Shown: piece after piece, positions 9,980-18,708 of the stretch
Position numbering within the stretch: position 1 is the stretch's first letter
How the letters are laid out: each line of letters starts with the position of its first letter
Virus record (IMG/VR): IMGVR_UViG_3300032213_001343
Coordinates: 1 to 58,095 of that record
DNA: 58,095 nt
Origin: a virus
Lineage: Duplodnaviria; Caudoviricetes
Direction: 5' to 3' (one strand)
The notes under the pieces: model-generated
Databases searched by the model: none
The model's input: the letters and a program-made list of their open reading frames with translations, nothing else
What the model was told of the DNA's origin: nothing
Position numbers and translations under genes: made by a program

Positions 9980-10655
9980 CAGGAGGTTTTACTAAATCGT
10001 AATTTTTATCTTTTAATTTATCCCAAGCATCATTTCTTAACTTTTTTGCCTGTTGAATTTCTTCTTCAAAACGAGTTATATCAGTTAAAATTTCTGCTTT
10101 CAATTCGGCCACATCTCTTTCCATACTCCACTTTTCAATTGTACCATCTTCATTTACAACTTCATATTCCTGCTTAGCATCATTGTATGCTTGTTGAAAT
10201 TGAGCTATAATATCTTTGCCATAGGAAATCATATTATTATATATCTTATAATCTTCATAAGCATCCCACAATCCATCTATTTTTATTTTAGATTCTTTTT
10301 TTGCTAAACAAGTTGTACAATATCCGGTTTTTGATATTAATTTTTTATCAACTCTACCAGGTTTAATTGTTTTACATTCTTCACCTTTACATGTATTTAA
10401 TCTATCTAAATAAGCTCGTGTTTCGGCCATAATATCACCCAATTCGGAAACTTCTATCTTACCACCCTCATGCTGTTCCCAAGACTTACCAGTTTCATCC
10501 GTCCATCTTTCCCCAACCTTACGTTTTACTACTTCTTTATCTGCTCCAGCAAATGATACAAATGCTTCTTTTTGATAATCACCACCGGTCAATACCATAT
10601 CCACCAACTTTCTACGGGTTGGATGCATAAACTTTTTATTAAATTCCTTTGCCAT
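9972..10655 (-). CDS. Hypothetical protein with Cys pairs and coiled coil; candidate small terminase by position
   Basis: CKGEEC...YCTTC; immediately upstream of terL. Function is inferred from synteny only. Confidence 0.55.
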   Translation of the reverse strand: MAKEFNKKFMHPTRRKLVDMVLTGGDYQKEAFVSFAGADKEVVKRKVGERWTDETGKSWEQHEGGKIEVSELGDIMAETRAYLDRLNTCKGEECKTIKPGRVDKKLISKTGYCTTCLAKKESKIKIDGLWDAYEDYKIYNNMISYGKDIIAQFQQAYNDAKQEYEVVNEDGTIEKWSMERDVAELKAEILTDITRFEEEIQQAKKLRNDAWDKLKDKNYDLVKPPVD

Positions 10656-10706
10656 AGTATATACAATATATTTGTATATATAAGTATATCAAAATTAAAA
10701 AAACGA

Positions 10707-13472
10707 TTAACTATCGAAGAAAATACCTAAAATTTGATTTAGGGGTGCGAATGCACCTGTTAGTTTGTAGGTGTTACCGCCATATACAAATACAATACCT
10801 TCATTTGGTACAATCTTATCAAATCCTCCAAGTGAATTAAGTCTTTCTAACTCTAATTTAAGTTTTTCAACTTTTTTAGGGTCACCACTTGCTTTTACTT
10901 GAGCTATTGTTGATTGTAAACGAGCTACCATTTGTTTTTTGGCAGAATCAGGATTTGCAGTAAGTACGGATTCCATAAACGATAATACATCTGCACCAAC
11001 TCCTAAAAATATTTCTTCAAATCTCATTAGGTTTTGTTTTGATATTTTTTGTTGGTCTTGCTTATCTATTTGTTCAGCCCAAGCTCTTAGTTTAGTGTCT
11101 TGTATTGTTGCTATTCTAAATGATTTATCATTGAATGCCCATCTCTTTACCAATCCTATTTTTTCTTGTGCATCTAATTTTTTTCCACCCTTTTCTACAA
11201 ACTTACTCCACCAAGCCTGATGATAATCGGCCACACCATCATTATCAGATAATCCAAACTCTGATTGTAATTTAGAAATCATTCCTAAATACTTTCCTTG
11301 CAATTTGGCTAGTTGTTCTGATTTAGGTAACTTAGTCATTGGTGGTCCTTGTATTGTGTACTTAGATTGAACATGTGCATTTACTTGCTTAATCATACCA
11401 CCTAATATAGATGCCGCTTGTTGGTTCTCACCTACAATAGTACCAGCATCATCATACTCAAATGTACCATGAAATACTAATAGGGGTTGATTGTAAGGGA
11501 TTACGTTTACAGATGTTGGATATATTACTTCTAAATTCATAAAACATGCACCATCCTTAAAAATCTTTAATCTTTGTGGTTCGGATAAAGCTGCTATTGC
11601 TTTTGATAAATCCTGCATAGCGAAATTGTAAGCATCGGTTAATCCACCTCTACCAGCAAACTTATCTGCTACCTGTCCTATTGTCATAGCACCAGCTCCT
11701 TTGCTCTTTAGATGTGATTTGTTACGAGCTGCTACTAACCTACCATTTACCCAACTAACTGCTAATGCCTGTCCATCAGTCTTCTCTCTAGTCAATTCTA
11801 AGTCACCATTAAGTGCTTTAGTTACAATTGATTTAAGGTCACCAAATGTAAGATTCATTTCAATATCAAACGGATGATTCATGTGACCATAAGCCCCACC
11901 TTCTAATAATAGCGATTCGTTTACCGATTCTTTCTTTAAACTTCTTTTCTGAAGAACTAATTGATTTATTTGAGAAAATATATCTGCAATATCTTTATCT
12001 AATTTCTTTTCATCTGCACTCATTGGAGATTCGATATCAACATTAGAATATAATTTTTTCTTTTTTGCGATTAATACTTCTGCTTTTTTTAGTAAATCAG
12101 ATTTTACTTTATCCAAATCTTTTAGAATTTCAGATGAAGTTGCTTCTTCTACTGGAGTATATTCTTCGCTGCCATCTCCATCTAATTTAGATTTTAATTT
12201 CTTAGCGTCTTTTGGGTCCGGTGCTCCATTAATATACCCACCCGGTAAAGATAATCCTACACCAGCTCCCCCACCTAATCCCATTTCACCCAATATCTCA
12301 GCTTCAATTTCATCCATAATTTCATTTATATCTTCTTTTGAAATTATTTGAGGCTTTTGGTTTTTAGGAAGTTCCCAAAATCTTTTAGGTTTTTGTTCAG
12401 GATTTTCTCTATAAGCATCATCCCAATTCTCTACTTTATGTGGGTCATCGGCTGGATTTAATGTACTTTGTACTACATTTTTAAGTTTATAATATGCTTT
12501 TCTAAATTGAGTTTCAGTATCTTTCGATTTTCCCTTACCTCTCATACCATCTGCTTTTGGTGTATCTATTTGAGTATATCCACCTTGCTTATACCAATTT
12601 TCAGGCTTAGCTGTATTTAATATTCTTTTTTGTCCATCTGCTACAAATGATGTATCAGGTTCATCCTGTCCTCTAAATCCACTATTTGATGCGGTTTCTT
12701 TTAATTGTTCTTTTTTAGGAATTCGGAATGTTACCGCTTTCTTACCATTGATTGTTGGCATTCCCCACTCATCTTCACCTATTGATTTAACAACTACTTT
12801 TTTATTTTTAAATTTACCCATCAATAAAGTATCACCAACTTTTACGTTTAGTTTAATTTCTTCATTAATACATTCTTTAAGTTTTTTCAACTTAAGGGTA
12901 ATTAATTTGAATATTTGTTCATCAAATTTTGGATATGCTTTTGTAAAGTTTTTCTTTCTTTCTTCTTCACTACCAGCACTTAACCAATAACGAACATCAG
13001 TACCACTAATAGCATTGGGTTGCGCAGGAGATGCGTAAACATAACCCTTATCCAAATACCCAGCTTCCACTTTACCTTTATATGGAGTAAAGTATTTACC
13101 ACTTAAACGTGATGAATCTTTTTCACCTACAACAGTTATAAAACCAGTTGTATCTGAATCAAAATCATTAAGTATTTCTTGTGGAGCGTATGGATTTTTA
13201 ACATTAACAATTTTAGATGATGGAATTCCAAACATCTTCATCATTATTGCTTTCTTCTCGTTAAAATTAAATGGAGATTTTTTTGAATCGGTAACATTAG
13301 AAGTTCCGATATATACACTATCTTTTCCGAATTTGCGTATTAAGTTTTCATAAGTTGCGTAATGTCCCTTATGGAATGGTTGAAAGCGACCAGAATAGAC
13401 AACAACTACTTTGTCCATTTCGGCCGCTTCTCCCAATATCGTTTCAACCAAAAATTTTGCTAATCCCATCAT
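10707..13472 (-). CDS. Multidomain protein: N-terminal HxGH cytidylyltransferase-like domain plus C-terminal ligase-like (KxDG) nucleotidyltransferase (DUF6267-like)
   Basis: SGRFQPFHKGH...VVGEKD...ISGTDVR; GGAYGHMNHPFD, EKTDGQ, NEGIVF, YKLTG. Confidence 0.75.
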   Translation of the reverse strand: MMGLAKFLVETILGEAAEMDKVVVVYSGRFQPFHKGHYATYENLIRKFGKDSVYIGTSNVTDSKKSPFNFNEKKAIMMKMFGIPSSKIVNVKNPYAPQEILNDFDSDTTGFITVVGEKDSSRLSGKYFTPYKGKVEAGYLDKGYVYASPAQPNAISGTDVRYWLSAGSEEERKKNFTKAYPKFDEQIFKLITLKLKKLKECINEEIKLNVKVGDTLLMGKFKNKKVVVKSIGEDEWGMPTINGKKAVTFRIPKKEQLKETASNSGFRGQDEPDTSFVADGQKRILNTAKPENWYKQGGYTQIDTPKADGMRGKGKSKDTETQFRKAYYKLKNVVQSTLNPADDPHKVENWDDAYRENPEQKPKRFWELPKNQKPQIISKEDINEIMDEIEAEILGEMGLGGGAGVGLSLPGGYINGAPDPKDAKKLKSKLDGDGSEEYTPVEEATSSEILKDLDKVKSDLLKKAEVLIAKKKKLYSNVDIESPMSADEKKLDKDIADIFSQINQLVLQKRSLKKESVNESLLLEGGAYGHMNHPFDIEMNLTFGDLKSIVTKALNGDLELTREKTDGQALAVSWVNGRLVAARNKSHLKSKGAGAMTIGQVADKFAGRGGLTDAYNFAMQDLSKAIAALSEPQRLKIFKDGACFMNLEVIYPTSVNVIPYNQPLLVFHGTFEYDDAGTIVGENQQAASILGGMIKQVNAHVQSKYTIQGPPMTKLPKSEQLAKLQGKYLGMISKLQSEFGLSDNDGVADYHQAWWSKFVEKGGKKLDAQEKIGLVKRWAFNDKSFRIATIQDTKLRAWAEQIDKQDQQKISKQNLMRFEEIFLGVGADVLSFMESVLTANPDSAKKQMVARLQSTIAQVKASGDPKKVEKLKLELERLNSLGGFDKIVPNEGIVFVYGGNTYKLTGAFAPLNQILGIFFDS

Positions 13473-13501
13473 ATAGTTTTCTTACTATATAAATATTAGG
13501 A

Positions 13502-13897
13502 TTATTCTTTTACAACTTTCATCCCATTAGATGATTGCTGTTGCTGTGCTAGCTGTTCAGCTTGTTGCTTTCTAGTAGGTGCACCTGGTTGATATTGAAT
13601 TGTACCATCTTGCAAATTAATTCTACCTTGTGGATACTTCTCATCTAATGCATCAATAACCTCTCTAAGTTCGGTATTTAACATTTTAAATTCATCTTCT
13701 CCTTTTTCTAAGAAATCATCCATTCTAATCAATTCTTCATTAATTTCTTTCTTACGAATGTGGATTTGACCAAATTCTATAATTAAATTTTGAATTTTTT
13801 GATTGATATCTGTGATAGATTGCAATGCTTCTGCTTCAATTTTAGCAATTTCAATAGTAATTTGTTGTTGTTGAGGTATGTTATCTAAACCTGCCAT
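13502..13897 (-). CDS. Small coiled-coil protein, paralogue of 18421..18672
   Basis: LIIEFGQIH...LDEKYPQGRINLQDGTI. Confidence 0.75.
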   Translation of the reverse strand: MAGLDNIPQQQQITIEIAKIEAEALQSITDINQKIQNLIIEFGQIHIRKKEINEELIRMDDFLEKGEDEFKMLNTELREVIDALDEKYPQGRINLQDGTIQYQPGAPTRKQQAEQLAQQQQSSNGMKVVKE

Positions 13898-13941
13898 AAT
13901 ATTTAAGTTTTATTGTTTTGTATATATAAGTATATTCTTTT

Positions 13942-14682
13942 TTATTTTCCAAATACGGAAACTCCCCTTTTCTTTACAACTTCACCGGCACAATAGTTAG
14001 CCCAGTCAATCGATACTCCAATATCTTTCGAATGCAAATATCGAGCTACAAATCCGGCAACAAAGGTGTCTCCTGCACCACTAACATCAGCTGTATCTAC
14101 GGATTGCACTTCAAATACTTTTGTTTTGTGCATAGCACCACCCCTATCTAACGTACATATAATTTTATCAAATAACCAATCATTTTCTTTTATAACTCCA
14201 AAGTTGTTTTGAAACTCCTGTCTATTTACTTTGATAAATGTAATATTCTTACACCAATCTCCAAGTTTTTTCTTTGTATCTAAAATAACTAAATTATGCA
14301 ATGATGCTATTTTGTCTATATCTTTTTCCGTTAAAAATCCTTTGCAATAATCTGATATAATTATCGCATCATATTTTACCAAATCGGGCAAATCAAAAGT
14401 ATCAATTCTATCGGTTATATCATTCTCATCCAATCTTAAATACAATTCGTTTGTATCCTTATTTACATATCTTGTTTTAGTAATATCTCCCTTATCAAAG
14501 TATGTATCAACATCTAAACCCATAGCCATTAGATTATTGGCAGTATTTCCAGCCATACCCAATGTATAGATTTCGTTAATTGGAATAAACACAGGTCCAT
14601 TTCCTTCTGGTGATTTGCGTTTTGATATCCCATACACAAAAACATCAGTACAACGTTCTCCTATAACTAATACTTTATTCAT
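13942..14682 (-). CDS. hldA: PfkB-family sugar kinase, heptose-7-phosphate kinase (HldA / RfaE domain I)-like
   Basis: GMAGNTANNL, TKTRY, IISDYCKGFL and DVSGAGDTFVAG. Confidence 0.85.
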   Translation of the reverse strand: MNKVLVIGERCTDVFVYGISKRKSPEGNGPVFIPINEIYTLGMAGNTANNLMAMGLDVDTYFDKGDITKTRYVNKDTNELYLRLDENDITDRIDTFDLPDLVKYDAIIISDYCKGFLTEKDIDKIASLHNLVILDTKKKLGDWCKNITFIKVNRQEFQNNFGVIKENDWLFDKIICTLDRGGAMHKTKVFEVQSVDTADVSGAGDTFVAGFVARYLHSKDIGVSIDWANYCAGEVVKKRGVSVFGK

Positions 14683-15061
14683 CTTCTAAAAGTTTTGTGG
14701 TACTAAACCCATCTAATTTACCAAAAAATTTTATTTCTTTTGCATACTCCCCACCAATTATAGGTTTGTACATATATTCATCTCCAATTACAAATATATC
14801 AGGTTCGTATTCTTTCAAATGATTTCTTAAAGAATCATCACTATCAAATACTACAATCTTATCTACATCCTGTATTTGCATTAAATTAAATACTCTCTGC
14901 TTTTCTGTATGAAACGGTCTACTATCTCCTTTCATTTGTCGAATTCTTTCATCCGAATCAATACCTATTACCAAATCTCCTAACGATTTTGCATAATCTA
15001 TCAACTTAAAATGGCCATAATGTAGAACATCAAAGCATCCATTTATCCAAACTTTTTTCAT
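14675..15061 (-). CDS. hldC: Heptose-1-phosphate adenylyltransferase (HldC / RfaE domain II)-like
   Basis: NGCFDVLHYGH, GIDSDERIRQMKGDSRP, PDIFVIGDEY and FSTTKL. Confidence 0.85.
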   Translation of the reverse strand: MKKVWINGCFDVLHYGHFKLIDYAKSLGDLVIGIDSDERIRQMKGDSRPFHTEKQRVFNLMQIQDVDKIVVFDSDDSLRNHLKEYEPDIFVIGDEYMYKPIIGGEYAKEIKFFGKLDGFSTTKLLEDE

Positions 15062-16209
15062 TATAAAAACTTTTCCAATTCTTTGATTACCATTTCAGAT
15101 GTTATTGTTTTAGTACACTCAAATTGTCTTTCAGTACCTTTATGGTCAGGACACCAATTCCAATCACCAGCATCCAATCTAAGTCTATTAAAGCACCCTT
15201 CACATTTTCCTTTAGGAGCTGCAATTCTTATACAATCTTTCATTTCAGCCCAATCGTATGAGAATCCGCTAATAAGAACTGTTGGTACATCCAATCCCCA
15301 ACTTAACCAACTTAATCCACTACCAATACCAATAAATGCTTTTGATTTTAGCATTTCATCCATTACCAATTCTAATGGTCCATTAGGATGTTTTACTATA
15401 CCATTTGGTAATTGGTTACCCATGTAGTTATCACCTTCTTTTGAAAGTAATTTTACAACATAGCCTTTAGCATTTAACCAATCTACTACATCTTGCCAAC
15501 CAGTTGGATTATTCCAAAATTTAGATTGAGCAGTACCATGAATTCCAATACAAACCTGTTTATAATTTGATTCTATATATGGTTTTCTTTCTTTTAATTT
15601 TGGTTTTATTTCTTTGTATTCCAATCCTAATATATCAGAACACATTTTTTGCATTGTTTGTCCTTTAGGGTCTATTGGATTTTTGTAAATATTAATTGTA
15701 CTATCTTCATTATAAAATAAACCAATTCCATACATTGCGTATAAATTTTGTACATTTGTACCCGGTTCTACAAATTCTATATTTGGATATCTACTTTCAA
15801 ACATAGTATTCATAAATGTAGATACAACCATTTTGCAATTATGTACTTTTCCAAATTCTTCAACATAAGGTATCCATGCTAAACTATCACCTAAAGCTTT
15901 GGAATCAAGAGCAACATAAACTCTTTTATGTTCAGCGTTATATAAATGTTCAAACCAAAGTTTTCCATTTTCATATATTTCAATCCTCCATTCAATAAAA
16001 TATTCTAAGTTACATCTAGTCCACATATTAGTTGAAATACTTGTGGTATATAGAATCCTTCCATTTTTATTGTTTATAAATTTAATATCGTATTCCGCTT
16101 GCTTACTACCTTTTATTTCTAAAAAAGCTCCTCTAACAAAATGAAAATAAACTTTATTATCAATGTTAGCTTTATTATTTAAATTTTTAACTAAATTATC
16201 GTATATCAT
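15061..16209 (-). CDS. Autotransporter heptosyltransferase (TibC/AAH family)-like
   Basis: N-terminal beta domain (YFIEWRIEI), SKALGDSLAW, CIGIHGTAQSKFWNNPTGW, FIGIGSGLSWLSW, VLISGFS, and Cys cluster CEGCFN...WCP...FECTKTIT. ATG 16209 overlaps the upstream TAA. Confidence 0.88.
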   Translation of the reverse strand: MIYDNLVKNLNNKANIDNKVYFHFVRGAFLEIKGSKQAEYDIKFINNKNGRILYTTSISTNMWTRCNLEYFIEWRIEIYENGKLWFEHLYNAEHKRVYVALDSKALGDSLAWIPYVEEFGKVHNCKMVVSTFMNTMFESRYPNIEFVEPGTNVQNLYAMYGIGLFYNEDSTINIYKNPIDPKGQTMQKMCSDILGLEYKEIKPKLKERKPYIESNYKQVCIGIHGTAQSKFWNNPTGWQDVVDWLNAKGYVVKLLSKEGDNYMGNQLPNGIVKHPNGPLELVMDEMLKSKAFIGIGSGLSWLSWGLDVPTVLISGFSYDWAEMKDCIRIAAPKGKCEGCFNRLRLDAGDWNWCPDHKGTERQFECTKTITSEMVIKELEKFL

Positions 16210-18380
16210 TAACTCCAAGTTTTAACTGTTAAATCTAATAAGGAAAATCCTTCTGCCTGTTTACTATACACTTTGTTTGTTGTATATCTTTTCATTGGAT
16301 AATGATAAAATACATGATTAAACCAAAGGTCTCCAACATCCCATCCACAGTCTTTTATTCTATCTAACCACCAACTTTTTGTTCGGTTTGGAATTAAATA
16401 ACAATGAGCAAGGTCTTGATTAGGTCCTGTTTGTGTGAATAATTCATCAATTTTAGTTTTTTCTCTTGATGGGTTATTTGCAAATGAAATAAAGTAGGCA
16501 TCATCTCTATCCGATATAAAACATGCTTTATGTACTATATCTACAAATTCCTCTAAACCAGTATAGATAAATGCATCTGCTTCAAATATTAATGTGTAAT
16601 CATAATTTTCCTCATCAATTGTTTCTAATGCATTTCTATGTGCTAAATAACAACCATAATGTCTACCAGTCATCCAACCCAAACCAGCACCGGGATATAA
16701 CTCACCGGGTTTATTATCTTTACTTATATGTTCAGGTCTCCTACAATTTTCAGCAGGTGGAATTCCTTCATAAACTTCATTTATTATTGGTTGATAATCT
16801 ATTCCGTATTTTGCTAATTGTTGTAATGATTGTATAGAAACTCGTTCTCTCATATCATCGGGTCTAGTCAGCATGTGCTTAACTTGAATACGAGGTTTTC
16901 TTCTTACAAATGAACGAAACCCTTGATGAAACTGTCCATAAAAATATTCGTTTGCTGCTCTAGTAACTCCCTCAAATACACCATAATCATCTCCACTAAT
17001 TATACCACCAGGTTTTACTTTATTATACCAAACATTTAAATCTTCAATTAATGCTTCATAAGAATGCCCGGCATCTATCATTATAAAATCAATACTTGAA
17101 TTTGTAAAATTATTAGCTGCGTTTTTAGATGTATCTTTTATTGTACTAAATCTACCATAGTTATCCGAAAGGACTGTATTATCAACGAATTCATAAAATA
17201 TATCTCCATTAAATGTATTAACTATATTTTGATGTAATTGTTCATCATCCGTACCTTTCCAAGTATCAATTGATGTAAAATTAATATCTTTACCAGACTC
17301 TTTAATTTTAGTTGCTAAATGATTTGTTGATTTTCCAAACCAAGCACCAACTTCTACAAAGGTTTCACCACCCTTGGCTGAATCAACTACATTATTATAT
17401 AATTCCGAATATGCAAACCAACCTGGTATTTCAGTAAACTCAGGTTGTAATTTTTCTAAAATAATTCTTTTAGTTAATTTTAAATCATCATCAATATAAG
17501 TTACTAATGGATTAGTATCGTATGTATCTAAATATGTATGTAACTTTCTAAATATAGAAGGTAATTTATAACTCAATGCTTCTTTAATTGAAAGGGGATT
17601 TAATTCTAATTTAGAACTAAAATAAAACATATCGCAAGCTGCGTAGAAAGTATCTACATCATTTCGCTCACCCCATATAATACAATTATCAGGCTTAAAC
17701 TCCATTAATGGTTTCCAATAATTTTCAAAGTTCATAGCTTGATTTCCAACGAAATGAAATTTGATTTTATACTTTTCTAACTGTCTTGCTATTGCAAATA
17801 TTTCGGCTTGATTTTTACCGGGTGAAAATAAACCAACATTAAGTACATGCTTCCAAGTTGGGTCCAATCCCAATTCAGTTTGAGCCGAGTGTTTATCAAA
17901 TTCATATTCTTCTATTGGGTATTCCCATATTTCAGTTTCAATTCCAATTTCTTCAAATCTTTGTCTACTCCATTCGGAAACTAATACATATCTGTCTGGA
18001 TGATATACTATTTCCGATGGGTTTGTGTATGAACCATGCGTTGATGCTATTATAAAATATTTCCTATCTTTTGAAAATATCTTTTCAACAATATCAATTG
18101 ATAAATCGAATTCAGGTATTTCTTGAAAATGAATTATATCAGGTTGAAATGTTCTAATAACATCAAATATAGCACGTTTGTTATCACCCAATATATGAAC
18201 AGGTACTAACGATTTGATTCTATTTTTTTGAACTACATAAGCATCTCCACCACTATTATTTATCTCAACAACTTCGATTTCAAAATCATTGATATAGTGT
18301 TTTATTTGCTTGTATGTGTATTGCGGTTGTCCACCGGTAGAAAGATGTGGGCAGACATAAAGTAACTTTTTCTTTGCCAT
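16209..18380 (-). CDS. Three-domain fusion: GT4 glycosyltransferase + class I SAM methyltransferase (Methyltransf_24-like) + GT25-like domain
   Basis: HLSTGG, VGLFSPGKNQ, ELNPLSIKEAL; VEVGAWFGKS, IMIDAGHSYE, KPGGIISGDDY; HYGCYLAH, LIFEADA. Confidence 0.82.
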   Translation of the reverse strand: MAKKKLLYVCPHLSTGGQPQYTYKQIKHYINDFEIEVVEINNSGGDAYVVQKNRIKSLVPVHILGDNKRAIFDVIRTFQPDIIHFQEIPEFDLSIDIVEKIFSKDRKYFIIASTHGSYTNPSEIVYHPDRYVLVSEWSRQRFEEIGIETEIWEYPIEEYEFDKHSAQTELGLDPTWKHVLNVGLFSPGKNQAEIFAIARQLEKYKIKFHFVGNQAMNFENYWKPLMEFKPDNCIIWGERNDVDTFYAACDMFYFSSKLELNPLSIKEALSYKLPSIFRKLHTYLDTYDTNPLVTYIDDDLKLTKRIILEKLQPEFTEIPGWFAYSELYNNVVDSAKGGETFVEVGAWFGKSTNHLATKIKESGKDINFTSIDTWKGTDDEQLHQNIVNTFNGDIFYEFVDNTVLSDNYGRFSTIKDTSKNAANNFTNSSIDFIMIDAGHSYEALIEDLNVWYNKVKPGGIISGDDYGVFEGVTRAANEYFYGQFHQGFRSFVRRKPRIQVKHMLTRPDDMRERVSIQSLQQLAKYGIDYQPIINEVYEGIPPAENCRRPEHISKDNKPGELYPGAGLGWMTGRHYGCYLAHRNALETIDEENYDYTLIFEADAFIYTGLEEFVDIVHKACFISDRDDAYFISFANNPSREKTKIDELFTQTGPNQDLAHCYLIPNRTKSWWLDRIKDCGWDVGDLWFNHVFYHYPMKRYTTNKVYSKQAEGFSLLDLTVKTWS

Positions 18381-18387
18381 ATTGTAA

Positions 18388-18419
18388 CAAATATACGAAT
18401 TTATTTTCTAATTACCAAA
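18388..18419 (-). promoter_or_regulatory. Bacteroidota-type promoter with -33 (TTTG) and -7 (TATATTTG) elements
   Basis: Minus strand reads TTTGG at 18419-18415, then TTCGTATATTTG ending at 18388, 7 nt before ATG 18380. Confidence 0.75.
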
Positions 18420-18420
18420 T

Positions 18421-18672
18421 TTATTTTTGGTAGATTACGTTTCCCTCAATTAAATCAATCTCTCCATTTGGATATTTCTTTTCCAAATCAAATAATAATG
18501 CATTTAATTCTTTGTTTGTATTTTCAAATTCCGTTTCAACCACGGATAATACTGTATTCATTTGTTTTATATCCAAATGTAATTGTCCAGCATTTATAAT
18601 CAATTCGTTTTTTCTAGTGTTAAGTTCTTTTAGTTTTTCTACCAATGAAACTTCTAATTTTTCAGTTGTCAT
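18421..18672 (-). CDS. Small coiled-coil protein, paralogue of 13502..13897
   Basis: LIINAGQLH...LEKKYPNGEIDLIEGNV. Confidence 0.75.
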   Translation of the reverse strand: MTTEKLEVSLVEKLKELNTRKNELIINAGQLHLDIKQMNTVLSVVETEFENTNKELNALLFDLEKKYPNGEIDLIEGNVIYQK

Positions 18673-18708
18673 AATTTTATTGTTTGTATATAAATATATA
18701 TCTAATTG

